A stretch of DNA of 63,984 nucleotides, the filler included. It is 5 parts of 5 records of this genome, joined end to end, with 100 filler letters (N's around TTAATTAATTAA, not from the genome) between each part and the next. Parts side by side here need not be neighbours in the genome. Positions count along the whole stretch, not along the records: positions 45,895 to 56,932 come from DRR723986_5167; positions 57,033 to 63,984 come from DRR723986_5202; 3 more parts are not named here. One strand, given 5' to 3'. The notes beneath the pieces are model-generated. The model was not told where the DNA came from. It did no database searches and saw only the letters and a list, made by a program, of their open reading frames with translations. Shown here piece after piece: positions 49,027-58,426 of this stretch. The position numbers were made by a program, and so were the translations under genes. Numbering within the stretch: the stretch's first letter is position 1; the number at the start of each line of letters is the position of its first letter.

Positions 49027-50000
49027 GTCTGTTCGGACTGTTCGGGAAGAAACAGCCCCCATTGGATCCAACGGAAGGTGATCCGAACGTCGCGCCCGGA
49101 CTTGGCCTGTTAGAGGCCGGGGATGGCGCGGCGCTCGGTGCCCTCTATGAGCGGCTGCCACCGGCGGACCGTGTTCATTTTATCGATGGCCTGGGGCTCC
49201 TGTCGGCGATTGCGGCGCCCTTGCCGCCACTGGACAGTCACGCCGCGATGCCCGCCATTCATGGGGGGCTTTGCTATATCTGGGCCCATCGCCTGCGCGG
49301 CAATGCGACGGCTGACCTGACCAGCGACGGGCAGTTCATGGACATGGCGGAAATGGCCTTCCACGCGCAGGACCTGCTGGCCAGGGCCGCGCAGCAAACG
49401 CCCGGCGACAGCGCGCTGCACGCCTTTCGCATCCGGGCGATCATGCTGACAGGCGGCGAAGACGGTGTGTTCGAGGCAATCTGCGCCGGCTTGAAGGCAA
49501 CAGGGGAGGCGAACCTGCTCGCCGAAATGGCCCGCCTGAATTACCTGACAGCAAAGTGGCATGGCAGCCATGAAGAGATGTACGGCGTCGCCAACGCGGC
49601 GGCCGCGGATCCGCCGAATGCGGCCTTTCTGTCCCTGCAGGCGCGCGCGTGGATCGAGGAATGGCTGTACGAAACCGGCATGAATGATGTGCGGGAAGAG
49701 CAAGCCGCGTTCCGGGCGCGCCGGTATTCGGATGACTTCCGGGCAGAGATTGCCGCGCTCGACGATCGTTTCCACGCGCTGCTGGCAGACCTGCCGGCGC
49801 CCAGCCAAGTGGAGCGCCAGTTTGCCCACAACAGTTTTGCCATGCTTTTCCACCTGAACCGCGACAAGGCGCGCCTGAAAGCCCATCTCGAAGCCATTGG
49901 CAGCACGCCGACCGGCATGCCGTGGGGGTATATTTTTGGCGAAAATGTTCCGAAGAAGCTCAACAAGTTGCGCAAGTCTGTCGGACTGTCGCAATTCTGA
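49023..50000 (+). CDS. Uncharacterised helical protein (possibly DUF4034-like)
   Basis: 325-aa ORF with ATGA overlap to yghU; motifs WAHRLRG and LTAKWHGSHEEM. Confidence 0.6.
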   Translation: MSLFGLFGKKQPPLDPTEGDPNVAPGLGLLEAGDGAALGALYERLPPADRVHFIDGLGLLSAIAAPLPPLDSHAAMPAIHGGLCYIWAHRLRGNATADLTSDGQFMDMAEMAFHAQDLLARAAQQTPGDSALHAFRIRAIMLTGGEDGVFEAICAGLKATGEANLLAEMARLNYLTAKWHGSHEEMYGVANAAAADPPNAAFLSLQARAWIEEWLYETGMNDVREEQAAFRARRYSDDFRAEIAALDDRFHALLADLPAPSQVERQFAHNSFAMLFHLNRDKARLKAHLEAIGSTPTGMPWGYIFGENVPKKLNKLRKSVGLSQF

Positions 50001-50084
50001 CCCCGCTGCTGCGGCACCGCACCTCGTTCCTTGCAGAGGCGCTGTCACCCATATAGGGCAGGACGATCAGACCTGAGAGGCCGT

Positions 50085-50429
50085 ATGACGACCTACACTT
50101 CCGACCCTCGCCGGCACACTGCCGAGACCGCAGAGACGATGACCGATGTCCGCTACGAGGTGGACCGGATCGACCGCCTGCTGGTAGAAATCCTGGCTGA
50201 GCGCCAGTCCTTCATGGATGCTGCCGCCCGCATCAAGGGCGACCGGAACATCGTGCACGACCGCGCGCGGATTGAGGATGTGGTGTCGAAAGTGAAGGCG
50301 GCCTGCGAGGCGGCGGGCCTGTCACCGGCGATCGCGGAGCCGGTCTGGCGCACGCTGATCGACCGCTGCATCGCCTATGAATTCGAGAGCTACGACGCTT
50401 TGAGGGCGCCTTTGCCAGCCAGTTCGTGA
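50085..50429 (+). CDS. Chorismate mutase type II / PchB-like
   Basis: MTDVRYEVDRID..LAERQSFMDAAARIK and D.ARIEDV. Confidence 0.85.
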   Translation: MTTYTSDPRRHTAETAETMTDVRYEVDRIDRLLVEILAERQSFMDAAARIKGDRNIVHDRARIEDVVSKVKAACEAAGLSPAIAEPVWRTLIDRCIAYEFESYDALRAPLPASS

Positions 50430-50770
50430 GCGGCTTTCGCCACTTCTTCCATCGTCGCCGACAGGCAATCGCGTACGTCGCCCAGCAGGACAGCAGCGGC
50501 GGTGATGCTCGGCGGTATCTCTGAACGCCCGGCCTTTTCGGCCAATTCGCAATACTTGGCGAGCTGCAGCGCCCCCAGCGAGAGGCAGGCACCTTTCAGC
50601 GTATGGGCCGCATCGGCCCATTGCTTTGGCTCGGCCTTCGGATCCATCAGGCGCATCCATAGCCCGGTCTGCTCGCGGAAAATGTCGATCACTTCGAGCG
50701 CGAGATCCTTGTCTCCACCGGTCATGGCCTTGAGGTGGTCGCGGTCGAGCAGGGCGAGGGTGGAAGACAT
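50390..50770 (-). CDS. shpA: Stand-alone Hpt phosphotransfer protein (ShpA-like)
   Basis: Phospho-His motif AAHTLKGA; GDKDLALEVIDIFREQ..LW resembles Caulobacter ShpA. Confidence 0.7.
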   Translation of the reverse strand: MSSTLALLDRDHLKAMTGGDKDLALEVIDIFREQTGLWMRLMDPKAEPKQWADAAHTLKGACLSLGALQLAKYCELAEKAGRSEIPPSITAAAVLLGDVRDCLSATMEEVAKAAHELAGKGALKAS

Positions 50771-50932
50771 GAGGTCATCTCCGGTTATCGCGGCAAGTAT
50801 GACACGGCCTGCTTTGTGACGAGGTTAACGCGGTTAAAATGCGATGACTTATCGTTTGTCGGTGAAAGAATTCCGCGTTATACACCCGGAAGGTGAGGCA
50901 AAATTGCTTCCAAAGTGAACATTTCTGACGTC

Positions 50933-51088
50933 ATGGGGGCCGTTGTGGCTATCATCATTCTGATCCGGAATCTGGTCATTGCCGGGGTGCTTGCCTGGCT
51001 TGGCATCGATTATGCTCCGGATGACAAATCGGATAGGTCCGAGGCTGGCCCTCAAAGCGCCTTGATTCTCGGGCATTCTATCAAATAA
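50933..51088 (+). CDS. Small single-TM membrane protein (51 aa, not in ORF track)
   Basis: Translated by hand: MGAVVAIIILIRNLVIAGVLAWLGIDYAPDDKSDRSEAGPQSALILGHSIK*. Confidence 0.5.
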   Translation: MGAVVAIIILIRNLVIAGVLAWLGIDYAPDDKSDRSEAGPQSALILGHSIK

Positions 51089-51163
51089 CGATCTGGCGGT
51101 TGGCCCTTTGCTGTTAAGCATTCCGGTCTCGCGCCGGAAGGTTTGACGCGGTATAAGGGTGGT

Positions 51164-53281
51164 ATGAGCGAAAACACCGAAGCTCGGCCCTCTGGCCGGG
51201 ATTTGCTGGCCAGGCAAGAGGCATCGGAATATTTCGAGCTGGCACAACATGGTGGCAGCTGGATGGTCGTGGGCGGATTCGTGGCTGCGTCCATGTGGAT
51301 CGGTGCGGCTGCCGGTGTGATCCTCGGCTTCTATGGTGTCCCCGCGCTTCTGGCGCTGAACCCGTTCATTCTGGCAGGCGGGGCGATGGGCATTGCCGTG
51401 CCGGCGCTGCTGCTGGTCATGGCGGGATATATGGGCCGCACGAACCGACGCGCGAGCGCGGCGAACGCCCTCGTCATGTCGGCTGCGACCCGCCTGATGG
51501 CGCCCGCCCGCGAGGCCGGCACCGAGGGCATTACCTTTGCCGAACAGATGAAACAGGCCGCCGCCGAAATCGATCATGCGATGGCGCATGCCCTGACGGC
51601 GATGAAGGCCATGTCGGGCGAGATCGGCGATGAGCGCATGCGCCTCGAATCCGTCGCCTATGCCAGCGCCGACAATGCCCGTGACCTGACCGAGCGCCTC
51701 TCTGCGGAACGCCAGGCGCTGGAAGGCCTCGCCCGCGACCTGCGCAGCCAGCTGAACCAGATGAATGACGCGATCCCGCGCCAGGCCGAGGCCATGGTCG
51801 CGGCGGCGCGCGCGGCGACCACAGAAATCTCGCAGGCAGATGAGTTGCTGGACAACCAGCTTGAGGCCATGCGCTCGGCCAGTGAAGCGCTGGCCGCACG
51901 CCTGCTCGACCTCGACAATCTTGCCCGCGAAGCTGGCGCCCGCACCGAGACGCTGACCTTCGCGATCAGCCAGATCGAGGAGAAGCTCGACCAGTCCCGC
52001 CGTACGGTCGATACGGCCGTCCGGGCAGGGGAGATCGCTGCAGCTGCCGCCATGACGACCGGAGACGCGCTCAAGGACGCTGTCTCCTCCGCCATAGAAG
52101 GCGCGCGTCAGGCCAATCATGAAATCAACCAGTCGACCCGCGCCGCCGCGGAAGAAGCCGCCCAGGCGCTGGCCCGTCTGCGCCAGGCCGGACTGGAAAC
52201 CGCGGCCTCGCTCCGCAGCACCGAGTTTGCGGCCCGCGCCGAAGTTGCCCGGATCGACCGCTCTGCGGTGCTGGAAGGCCAGAAGCCGAAACCGCCGGCT
52301 AAAGACCCGCCGCCGGTTGTCCAACAGGCGGCGCCCGCACCTTCACCGGAGAGGGTGGCTCCGCCACCTACCGTAACGCCACCGCCGCGCCCGGAGCCTG
52401 CACCTGCACCATCTTCCAGCCGCGAGCCGGTGAATGGCGGCCATATGAATGGCAAGAGCCACACGAACGGCCATTCGATCACCAATGGCTATTCCCTGAA
52501 GGATGAGGCACCGAAACGCCCCGCACCGCCGCGCCGCGCGGCCGATCCCGATGAAGACCTGTTCGATGCAGCCGCGGACCTGCTCGCCTCGGCCGGGCAG
52601 GAACAGACGGAAGACAAGACGCCGGAACTGGATGCCAGGGACGCACCGCTGGAGCTCGGCAAGACCGTCGATCCGAAGGATCCGAACCCGGTCACGCTGC
52701 GCCGCCGTTTCGACGATGTGAAGGAAGAGCCTGCCGCGCCGCCGCACCCGCTACGCCGCGCGACGGATTTCCTGCAAGCTGAAGCAGGGGCGGCAGCTTC
52801 AACCCCTGCGCCCGAAACAAAACCGGCTGTTGTGGAGCCCCCGCCGGCCGTCGTCACGCCGCCCGCTTCAAAGGCGGAACAGTCCGGCGAAATGGGCTGG
52901 CGCGACATCATTTCCGACATGAGCCGGGACGATCCGCTGCCGCGCGACCGTGAGGAAGTGGCCGACCGGCTGATCGCGCGCCTGCAATCGTCCGGCATTC
53001 AGCTGCCGGAGACGTTCAAGCCGAAGATGAAGCGCAAGATCGCCGAGGCGGCCCGGAAGGGGGAGCAGCAGCGCAAGGCGGCGATCCTCGAACAGGCCGG
53101 GCGTCAGGTGGAGCGCATCACACAGCGCCTGCGCAATGACGATGACCTGCGCGAACTCGCAGCGAACTTCGTTGAGATGGAACAGGACGATGCGTTGAAC
53201 GCGCTGGAGCAGACCCAGCGGACCAGCCGCAATGCCAGCCCGCGTCTCGCGGCTTACCTGCTGCTCGACGCGGCACTTTAG
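51164..53281 (+). CDS. tipN: TipN-like polar landmark protein
   Basis: Two N-terminal TM segments, long coiled coil, Pro/acidic disordered linker and C-terminal AYLLLDAA, as in Caulobacterales TipN. Confidence 0.6.
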   Translation: MSENTEARPSGRDLLARQEASEYFELAQHGGSWMVVGGFVAASMWIGAAAGVILGFYGVPALLALNPFILAGGAMGIAVPALLLVMAGYMGRTNRRASAANALVMSAATRLMAPAREAGTEGITFAEQMKQAAAEIDHAMAHALTAMKAMSGEIGDERMRLESVAYASADNARDLTERLSAERQALEGLARDLRSQLNQMNDAIPRQAEAMVAAARAATTEISQADELLDNQLEAMRSASEALAARLLDLDNLAREAGARTETLTFAISQIEEKLDQSRRTVDTAVRAGEIAAAAAMTTGDALKDAVSSAIEGARQANHEINQSTRAAAEEAAQALARLRQAGLETAASLRSTEFAARAEVARIDRSAVLEGQKPKPPAKDPPPVVQQAAPAPSPERVAPPPTVTPPPRPEPAPAPSSSREPVNGGHMNGKSHTNGHSITNGYSLKDEAPKRPAPPRRAADPDEDLFDAAADLLASAGQEQTEDKTPELDARDAPLELGKTVDPKDPNPVTLRRRFDDVKEEPAAPPHPLRRATDFLQAEAGAAASTPAPETKPAVVEPPPAVVTPPASKAEQSGEMGWRDIISDMSRDDPLPRDREEVADRLIARLQSSGIQLPETFKPKMKRKIAEAARKGEQQRKAAILEQAGRQVERITQRLRNDDDLRELAANFVEMEQDDALNALEQTQRTSRNASPRLAAYLLLDAAL

Positions 53282-53282
53282 A

Positions 53283-54215
53283 TCAGACGCCGACCACTTC
53301 TGTCTGGGCGGCTTCTGCCTTGATCCATTTGATGAATTCCCGGACATCGGGGCTGAGGTGGCGCCCTTTGGGCCAGACCAGCCAATAGCCGAAATCGATA
53401 CTCGTCGACCCGTCCGCAAACGGCGCGACGAGGCGTCCAGAGGCGAGGTCTGACGCTGCGATGGCCTGCTTGGCGAGGGCGACACCGCGCCCGGCGGCCG
53501 CGGCTTCGATGACGAGAATGGCTTGGTTGAAGCGCGGGCCTCGGCTGGCATCCACACCTTCAACCTTGCGCGCGCGCAGCCAGCTGGCCCAGTCCGGGCA
53601 GGAGGGGTCGACCTCCGTACTCTCGTCATGCAGCAGGGTGTGGTTCTTCAGGTCTTCCGGTCGGCGGATCGCATCCGGCCCGTCCAGCATGGCGGGGGAA
53701 CAGACCGGCAGCACGGTTTCATCGAGCAGTTTTTCCGATTTCAGCCCGTCATACACGCCCCGGCCGTAACGGATGGCGAAGTCTGCATCGGCGGTGGTGA
53801 AGTCGGTCAGGCCGGTATCGGCGCTGATCCAGGCTTCGATTCCGCCGTGCTGCTGGTGGAATTTGTCGAGGCGGGGGGCCAGCCATTTGGCGGCGAAGCT
53901 TGGTGCGCAGGAGACCATGACCCGGCCCTTTCGGGCAGGCGATTGCATGATGCGGCCCGCTTCAGAAATTCTCTCGAAGGCTTCGCGCACCAGCGGCAGG
54001 CTCGCCTGAGCGGCATCTGTAAGCAAAACTGAACGGCCGGTCCGCTTGAACAGGGGCGTTCCGGCATAGTCTTCCAGCTGGCGGATCTGCTGGGAAATGG
54101 CCCCCGGGGTCACATTTAGTTCATCAGCTGCCTGTGTGAATGACAGGCGCCGGGCGGCTGCTTCGAAGGCACGAAGGGCATTCAGCGGGGGCAAACGGTC
54201 AGTTGGTTCGGCCAT
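53283..54215 (-). CDS. LysR-family regulator, GcvA-like
   Basis: RLPPLNALRAFEAAARRLSFT..ELNVTPGAISQQIR; start set at ATG 54215. Confidence 0.9.
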   Translation of the reverse strand: MAEPTDRLPPLNALRAFEAAARRLSFTQAADELNVTPGAISQQIRQLEDYAGTPLFKRTGRSVLLTDAAQASLPLVREAFERISEAGRIMQSPARKGRVMVSCAPSFAAKWLAPRLDKFHQQHGGIEAWISADTGLTDFTTADADFAIRYGRGVYDGLKSEKLLDETVLPVCSPAMLDGPDAIRRPEDLKNHTLLHDESTEVDPSCPDWASWLRARKVEGVDASRGPRFNQAILVIEAAAAGRGVALAKQAIAASDLASGRLVAPFADGSTSIDFGYWLVWPKGRHLSPDVREFIKWIKAEAAQTEVVGV

Positions 54216-54218
54216 AAA

Positions 54219-54307
54219 TAGTTTCTCTAAAGCATCGCTGTAGGGGTTGCCAGTTGTCTCTCTCCCATCAAGAGCCATTTTGGCAGCGTGTCGATCAGCT
54301 TTGCTAA
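54219..54307. promoter_or_regulatory. Two LysR T-N11-A boxes between gcvA-like gene and cysG
   Basis: TAGTTTCTCTAAA (54219-54231) and TCAGCTTTGCTAA (54295-54307), both with an AG..CTAA core. Confidence 0.5.
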
Positions 54308-54324
54308 ATAGGGGCTCTGTGCCC

Positions 54325-55728
54325 ATGCGCCAGTTTCCAGCGTTTTTTAATTTGTCCGGCCAACGGGTTGTCATCGTCGGAAGCGGCGAGGAAGCCCTGC
54401 GCAAGCTGCGCCTGTTCGTGTCTGCGGGCGCCTTGCCCGTGATCATATCGGATCATGCCGGACCAGCGCATGACCATGCGGCGGCTTCAAAAGCAGCCAC
54501 TCTGACCATGGATGGCCTGGCGAAAGCGCTGGAGACCGCCCGGCTCGCCGTCGTCGCCGAAGACAATCCGGATGCCATCGCCGCCATCCGCGCCGTCCGC
54601 GTGCCGCTGAACGTGGTCGACCGGCCGGAGCTCTGCGACTTCACCGTGCCGTCCATCCTTGACCGGGGCGACATTGTCGCCGCGATCGGGTCGAACGGGA
54701 CCGCACCGGTTCTGGCAAAATCCATCCGCACCAAACTCGAAGCGCTGCTGCCCGCCCGCGTCGGCGATCTTGCCGCGCTCGCCGGGCGCTTGCGCGACAC
54801 GGTGAAAGCCGCGCTGCCGGACTTTTCCGCCCGGCGCAAATTCTGGGAACGCACGCTGACGGGGCGCGCCGCGGAGCTTGCCTATGCCGGAGACCTGGCT
54901 GGCGCCGAAGCCGCGATGCGCGCCGAACTCTCCGCGCCTTCGGAAGCGGGCGTTGTGCATATTGTCGGCGCCGGTCCTGGCGATCCTGAACTCCTGACCC
55001 TGAAAGCCCTTCGTCTTATCCAGGAGGCGGACGTGGTCTACTTTGACCGGCTCGTCTCGGATGGGATTCTCTCCCTCATCCGCCGCGATGCAGACCGCAT
55101 CTCCGTGGGCAAGGCGAAGGGCAACCATTCCGTGCCGCAGGACCGGATCCACGAACTGATGATCGCGTCGGCCCGTGAGGGTAAGCGCGTGGTGCGCCTG
55201 AAGGGTGGCGACCCGTTCATCTTCGGACGGGGTGGAGAGGAGCTGGATGCAGTCGAGGCGGCGGGCATCGAGGCGTTCGTTGTGCCGGGCATTTCCTCCG
55301 CCCTCGGATGTGCGGCCAGTGCCGGTATCCCGCTGACCCACCGCGATCATGCCCAGGCCGTGACCTTCGTGACCGGCCACACGAAAGCCGGTGGCGTACC
55401 GGACCTAGACTGGCCATCGCTCGCCAGGCGTGGGCAGACCGTCAGCGTCTATATGGGCGTCGGCACCTCCGCCGCGATTGCCGAGAAGCTGATCGAAGCC
55501 GGCCGCGCGCCGCAGACGCCGGTCGCCGTGATCGAGAACGGCACACGGGAAAATGAAGTCCGCGCCTATGGCATGCTGGAAGAACTGCCCCAGCTGATTG
55601 AGACCCATGGCATCAAGGGCCCGGCGCTGCTCATCATCGGCGAAGTGGCGGGCCTGCGCGCCGGGCCTTTTGCCGCCAACGTTTCCACTGAAGCCTCCAT
55701 TCCTACTCAGAAGGTTGTCTCCGCATGA
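54325..55728 (+). CDS. cysG: Siroheme synthase (dehydrogenase/ferrochelatase + methyltransferase)
   Basis: NVVDRPELCDFTVP, VGAGPGDPELLT and RLKGGDPFIFGRGGEE. Confidence 0.93.
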   Translation: MRQFPAFFNLSGQRVVIVGSGEEALRKLRLFVSAGALPVIISDHAGPAHDHAAASKAATLTMDGLAKALETARLAVVAEDNPDAIAAIRAVRVPLNVVDRPELCDFTVPSILDRGDIVAAIGSNGTAPVLAKSIRTKLEALLPARVGDLAALAGRLRDTVKAALPDFSARRKFWERTLTGRAAELAYAGDLAGAEAAMRAELSAPSEAGVVHIVGAGPGDPELLTLKALRLIQEADVVYFDRLVSDGILSLIRRDADRISVGKAKGNHSVPQDRIHELMIASAREGKRVVRLKGGDPFIFGRGGEELDAVEAAGIEAFVVPGISSALGCAASAGIPLTHRDHAQAVTFVTGHTKAGGVPDLDWPSLARRGQTVSVYMGVGTSAAIAEKLIEAGRAPQTPVAVIENGTRENEVRAYGMLEELPQLIETHGIKGPALLIIGEVAGLRAGPFAANVSTEASIPTQKVVSA

Positions 55729-56030
55729 CGTCCGTCCGCCCGAAACTGAAGCCCGAAATCCCGAAGGCCGTGACGGCCTGGGAAACGGCGACTGGCAAAT
55801 CCGTCTGGATGACGGAGTTCGGTACCTGGTCTGACGATGTCAGCAATGCTGCTGCCTTCACCGGAGACATCGCTGAGGCCCGCCTCGCCGAAGCCCTGAA
55901 GCAGGAAGGCAAGGTGACCGATCCGTATTTCATGGAAGTGACGGAAACCGGTGGGATCACCGGCCGCGAAACCATTCGTGAAACCATCCGCGCCACCGGC
56001 CCGACCGTGGCCTATGGAGCGGGCGCCTGA
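55725..56030 (+). CDS. DUF2849-family protein
   Basis: About 100 aa, C-terminal RETIRATGPT; located between cysG and sulfite reductase. Confidence 0.75.
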   Translation: MTSVRPKLKPEIPKAVTAWETATGKSVWMTEFGTWSDDVSNAAAFTGDIAEARLAEALKQEGKVTDPYFMEVTETGGITGRETIRETIRATGPTVAYGAGA

Positions 56031-56662
56031 TGCCGACCCGACCGATCACCCGCCTGACGCTCTATGGCGACTCCATATCCGGCAACTGCCAGAAGCCGAA
56101 ATGGACGGCCGATTATCTGGGCATTCCCTTTGACTGGGTCGAAGTGGATATCCTGAAAGGCGGCACACAGACGGAAGACTTCCTGGCCGTAAACCCGGTG
56201 GGGCAGGTACCCGTGGCACGCTGGCCGGACGGGCGCACGCTCGCCCAGTCCAATGCCATCATGCTGTACCTTGCCGAAGAGGCGGGGAGCGACCTGATCC
56301 CCGAGGACAGTTTCCGCCGCGCGCAGATGATGAGCTGGCTGTTCTGGGAGCAATACTCCCACGAGACGGCCATCGCCGTGCGCCGGTTCCACAAGCATTA
56401 CCTGAAGAAATCCGAAGACGAGATCGACCCGAACCTGATGGCCAAGGGCCGCCAGGCGCTCGGCGTGATGGAGATGCAGCTGACCTTCACCGACTGGATT
56501 GTCGGGGATGCCATGACGCTCGCAGACATCGCGCTGGTCGCCTACACACGCCTCGCCCATGAGGGCGGTTTCGATCTTTCCGAGTTCCCTGCGGTCGAGC
56601 GCTGGGTCAGCCGCACCGAAGCGGCGCTCGGCATCCCGCACGCAAGAGAGGCTGCTGCCTGA
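56030..56662 (+). CDS. Glutathione S-transferase
   Basis: SGNC, NPVGQVP, LAQSNAIMLYLA and WLFWEQYSHE; TGATG overlaps on both sides. Confidence 0.88.
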   Translation: MPTRPITRLTLYGDSISGNCQKPKWTADYLGIPFDWVEVDILKGGTQTEDFLAVNPVGQVPVARWPDGRTLAQSNAIMLYLAEEAGSDLIPEDSFRRAQMMSWLFWEQYSHETAIAVRRFHKHYLKKSEDEIDPNLMAKGRQALGVMEMQLTFTDWIVGDAMTLADIALVAYTRLAHEGGFDLSEFPAVERWVSRTEAALGIPHAREAAA

Positions 56663-56932
56663 TGTACAGATATGACGAATTCGATGCCCGGATCGTGAAG
56701 GACCGGGTGGAACAGTTCCGCGGGCAGGTGAACCGCCGCCTGTCGGGCGAATTGCTGGAGGACGAGTTCAAGCCGCTGCGCCTGCAGAACGGCGTGTACC
56801 TGCAGCTTCACGCCTACATGCTGCGCGTTGCGATTCCGTACGGCCAGCTGAACGGGGCGAAACTGCGCCGCCTGGCGGAAGTTTCCACCAAGTATGACCG
56901 GAGCTACGGCCATTTCACCACGCGCCAGAACA
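56662..56932 (+). CDS. cysI: Sulfite/nitrite reductase hemoprotein (CysI-like), 3'-truncated
   Basis: MYRYDEFD, FKPLRLQNGVYLQLHAYMLRVAIPYG and GHFTTRQN. Confidence 0.88.
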
Positions 56933-57032
56933 NNNNNNNNNNNNNNNNNNNNNNNNNNNNNNNNNNNNNNNNNNNNTTAATTAATTAANNNNNNNNNNNN
57001 NNNNNNNNNNNNNNNNNNNNNNNNNNNNNNNN
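56933..57032. other. Artificial contig spacer
   Basis: N44-TTAATTAATTAA-N44. Confidence 0.99.
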
Positions 57033-57494
57033 GACAACGTTGTCATGACGCGGACCTTTTCCAAGATCTACGGGCTTGGCGGGTTGCGGGTCGGGTGGGG
57101 CTATGCGCCCCGCGAGGTTATCGACGTTCTGAACCGTGTGCGCGGGCCGTTCAACCTGTCGACCATGGCGTTGGCCGGGGCTGAAGCGGCGGTGCGCGAC
57201 ACGGATTATGTGGACCACTGCCGGGCGGTGAACACCGCGCAGCGCAAGCGGTTGGCGGATGGCATGGCGGCGCTTGGCTTCCCCTCCGATCCGTCCGAGG
57301 GCAACTTCATTCTGTGCCGGATGGGGGATGAGGCCACGGCCAAGGCCGCTGACGTGCATCTGAAGGCCAAGGGAATCATCGTGCGGCTGGTGGCGGGCTA
57401 TGGCCTGCCCGATTGCATCCGCATCACCGTGGGGTCCGAGGCCGATGTGACCCGCGTGCTGGACGCCATGGCGGATTTCGGAGGCGCGGCATGA
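57033..57494 (+). CDS. hisC: Histidinol-phosphate aminotransferase, 5'-truncated
   Basis: PLP-lysine motif [22 protein letters not shown]. Confidence 0.9.
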   Translation, partial: DNVVMTRTFSKIYGLGGLRVGWGYAPREVIDVLNRVRGPFNLSTMALAGAEAAVRDTDYVDHCRAVNTAQRKRLADGMAALGFPSDPSEGNFILCRMGDEATAKAADVHLKAKGIIVRLVAGYGLPDCIRITVGSEADVTRVLDAMADFGGAA

Positions 57495-58426
57495 ACGTGA
57501 TTTACAACCGCGTCGCCCTGATCGGCATGGGGCTTATTGCAGGCTCCATGGCGCATGCCATGCGCCGCGACGGGCTGGCGGGCGAAATCGTGGGCACCGC
57601 CCGGTCGGCTGAAACCCGCGCCACGGCGCGAGAGATAGGGTTGTGCGACCGGGTTGTAGACAGCGCCGCCGAGGCCGTGGACGGTGCCGATCTGGTGGTT
57701 CTGGCGGTGCCCGTGGGGGCCATGGGCCGCGTGGCTGAAGATATCGCGCTGCATCTGGCACCGGGCGCGACGGTCACCGATGTGGGGTCCGTCAAGAAGG
57801 ACGTGGTCGATCAGGTCGGCCCGCATCTGCCCGAGGGCGTTCACTTCATCCCCGGCCACCCGCTGGCGGGGACGGAGCATTCCGGGCCGCGATCGGGGTT
57901 CGCGGAGCTGTTCGAGAACCGCTACACGTTGCTGACCCCGGTCGAGGGCAGCGACCCGGCTGCCGTGGCGCGGTTGCGGTCACTTTGGGAGGGGATGGGC
58001 GCGCTGGTCGAGGAGATGGATGCCGAGCATCACGACCTTGTGCTCGCCGTCACCTCGCACACGCCGCACCTGATTGCCTACACAATGGTGGGCGTCGCCG
58101 ACCATCTGCGCCGGGTGACCGAAAGCGAGGTCATCAAGTATTCCGCCGCAGGTTTCCGCGATTTCACCCGGATTGCCGCCAGTGACCCGACCATGTGGCG
58201 CGACGTGTTCCTGACCAACAAGGAAGCGACGCTGGATATCCTCGGGCGCTTCACCGAGGAACTTTTCGTGCTGCAACGGGCGATCCGCATGGGCGACGGG
58301 GATGCTCTGTTTGACTATTTTACCCGCACGCGGGCGATCCGGCGCGGTATTATCGAGGCCGGGCAGGATACCGATGCCCCGGACTTTGGCCGGGTCAAAC
58401 CGCGCAAGGGGAATGACGGCGCATGA
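57491..58426 (+). CDS. tyrC: Cyclohexadienyl (prephenate/arogenate) dehydrogenase
   Basis: [33 protein letters not shown] and [18 protein letters not shown]. Confidence 0.92.
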   Translation: MNVIYNRVALIGMGLIAGSMAHAMRRDGLAGEIVGTARSAETRATAREIGLCDRVVDSAAEAVDGADLVVLAVPVGAMGRVAEDIALHLAPGATVTDVGSVKKDVVDQVGPHLPEGVHFIPGHPLAGTEHSGPRSGFAELFENRYTLLTPVEGSDPAAVARLRSLWEGMGALVEEMDAEHHDLVLAVTSHTPHLIAYTMVGVADHLRRVTESEVIKYSAAGFRDFTRIAASDPTMWRDVFLTNKEATLDILGRFTEELFVLQRAIRMGDGDALFDYFTRTRAIRRGIIEAGQDTDAPDFGRVKPRKGNDGA

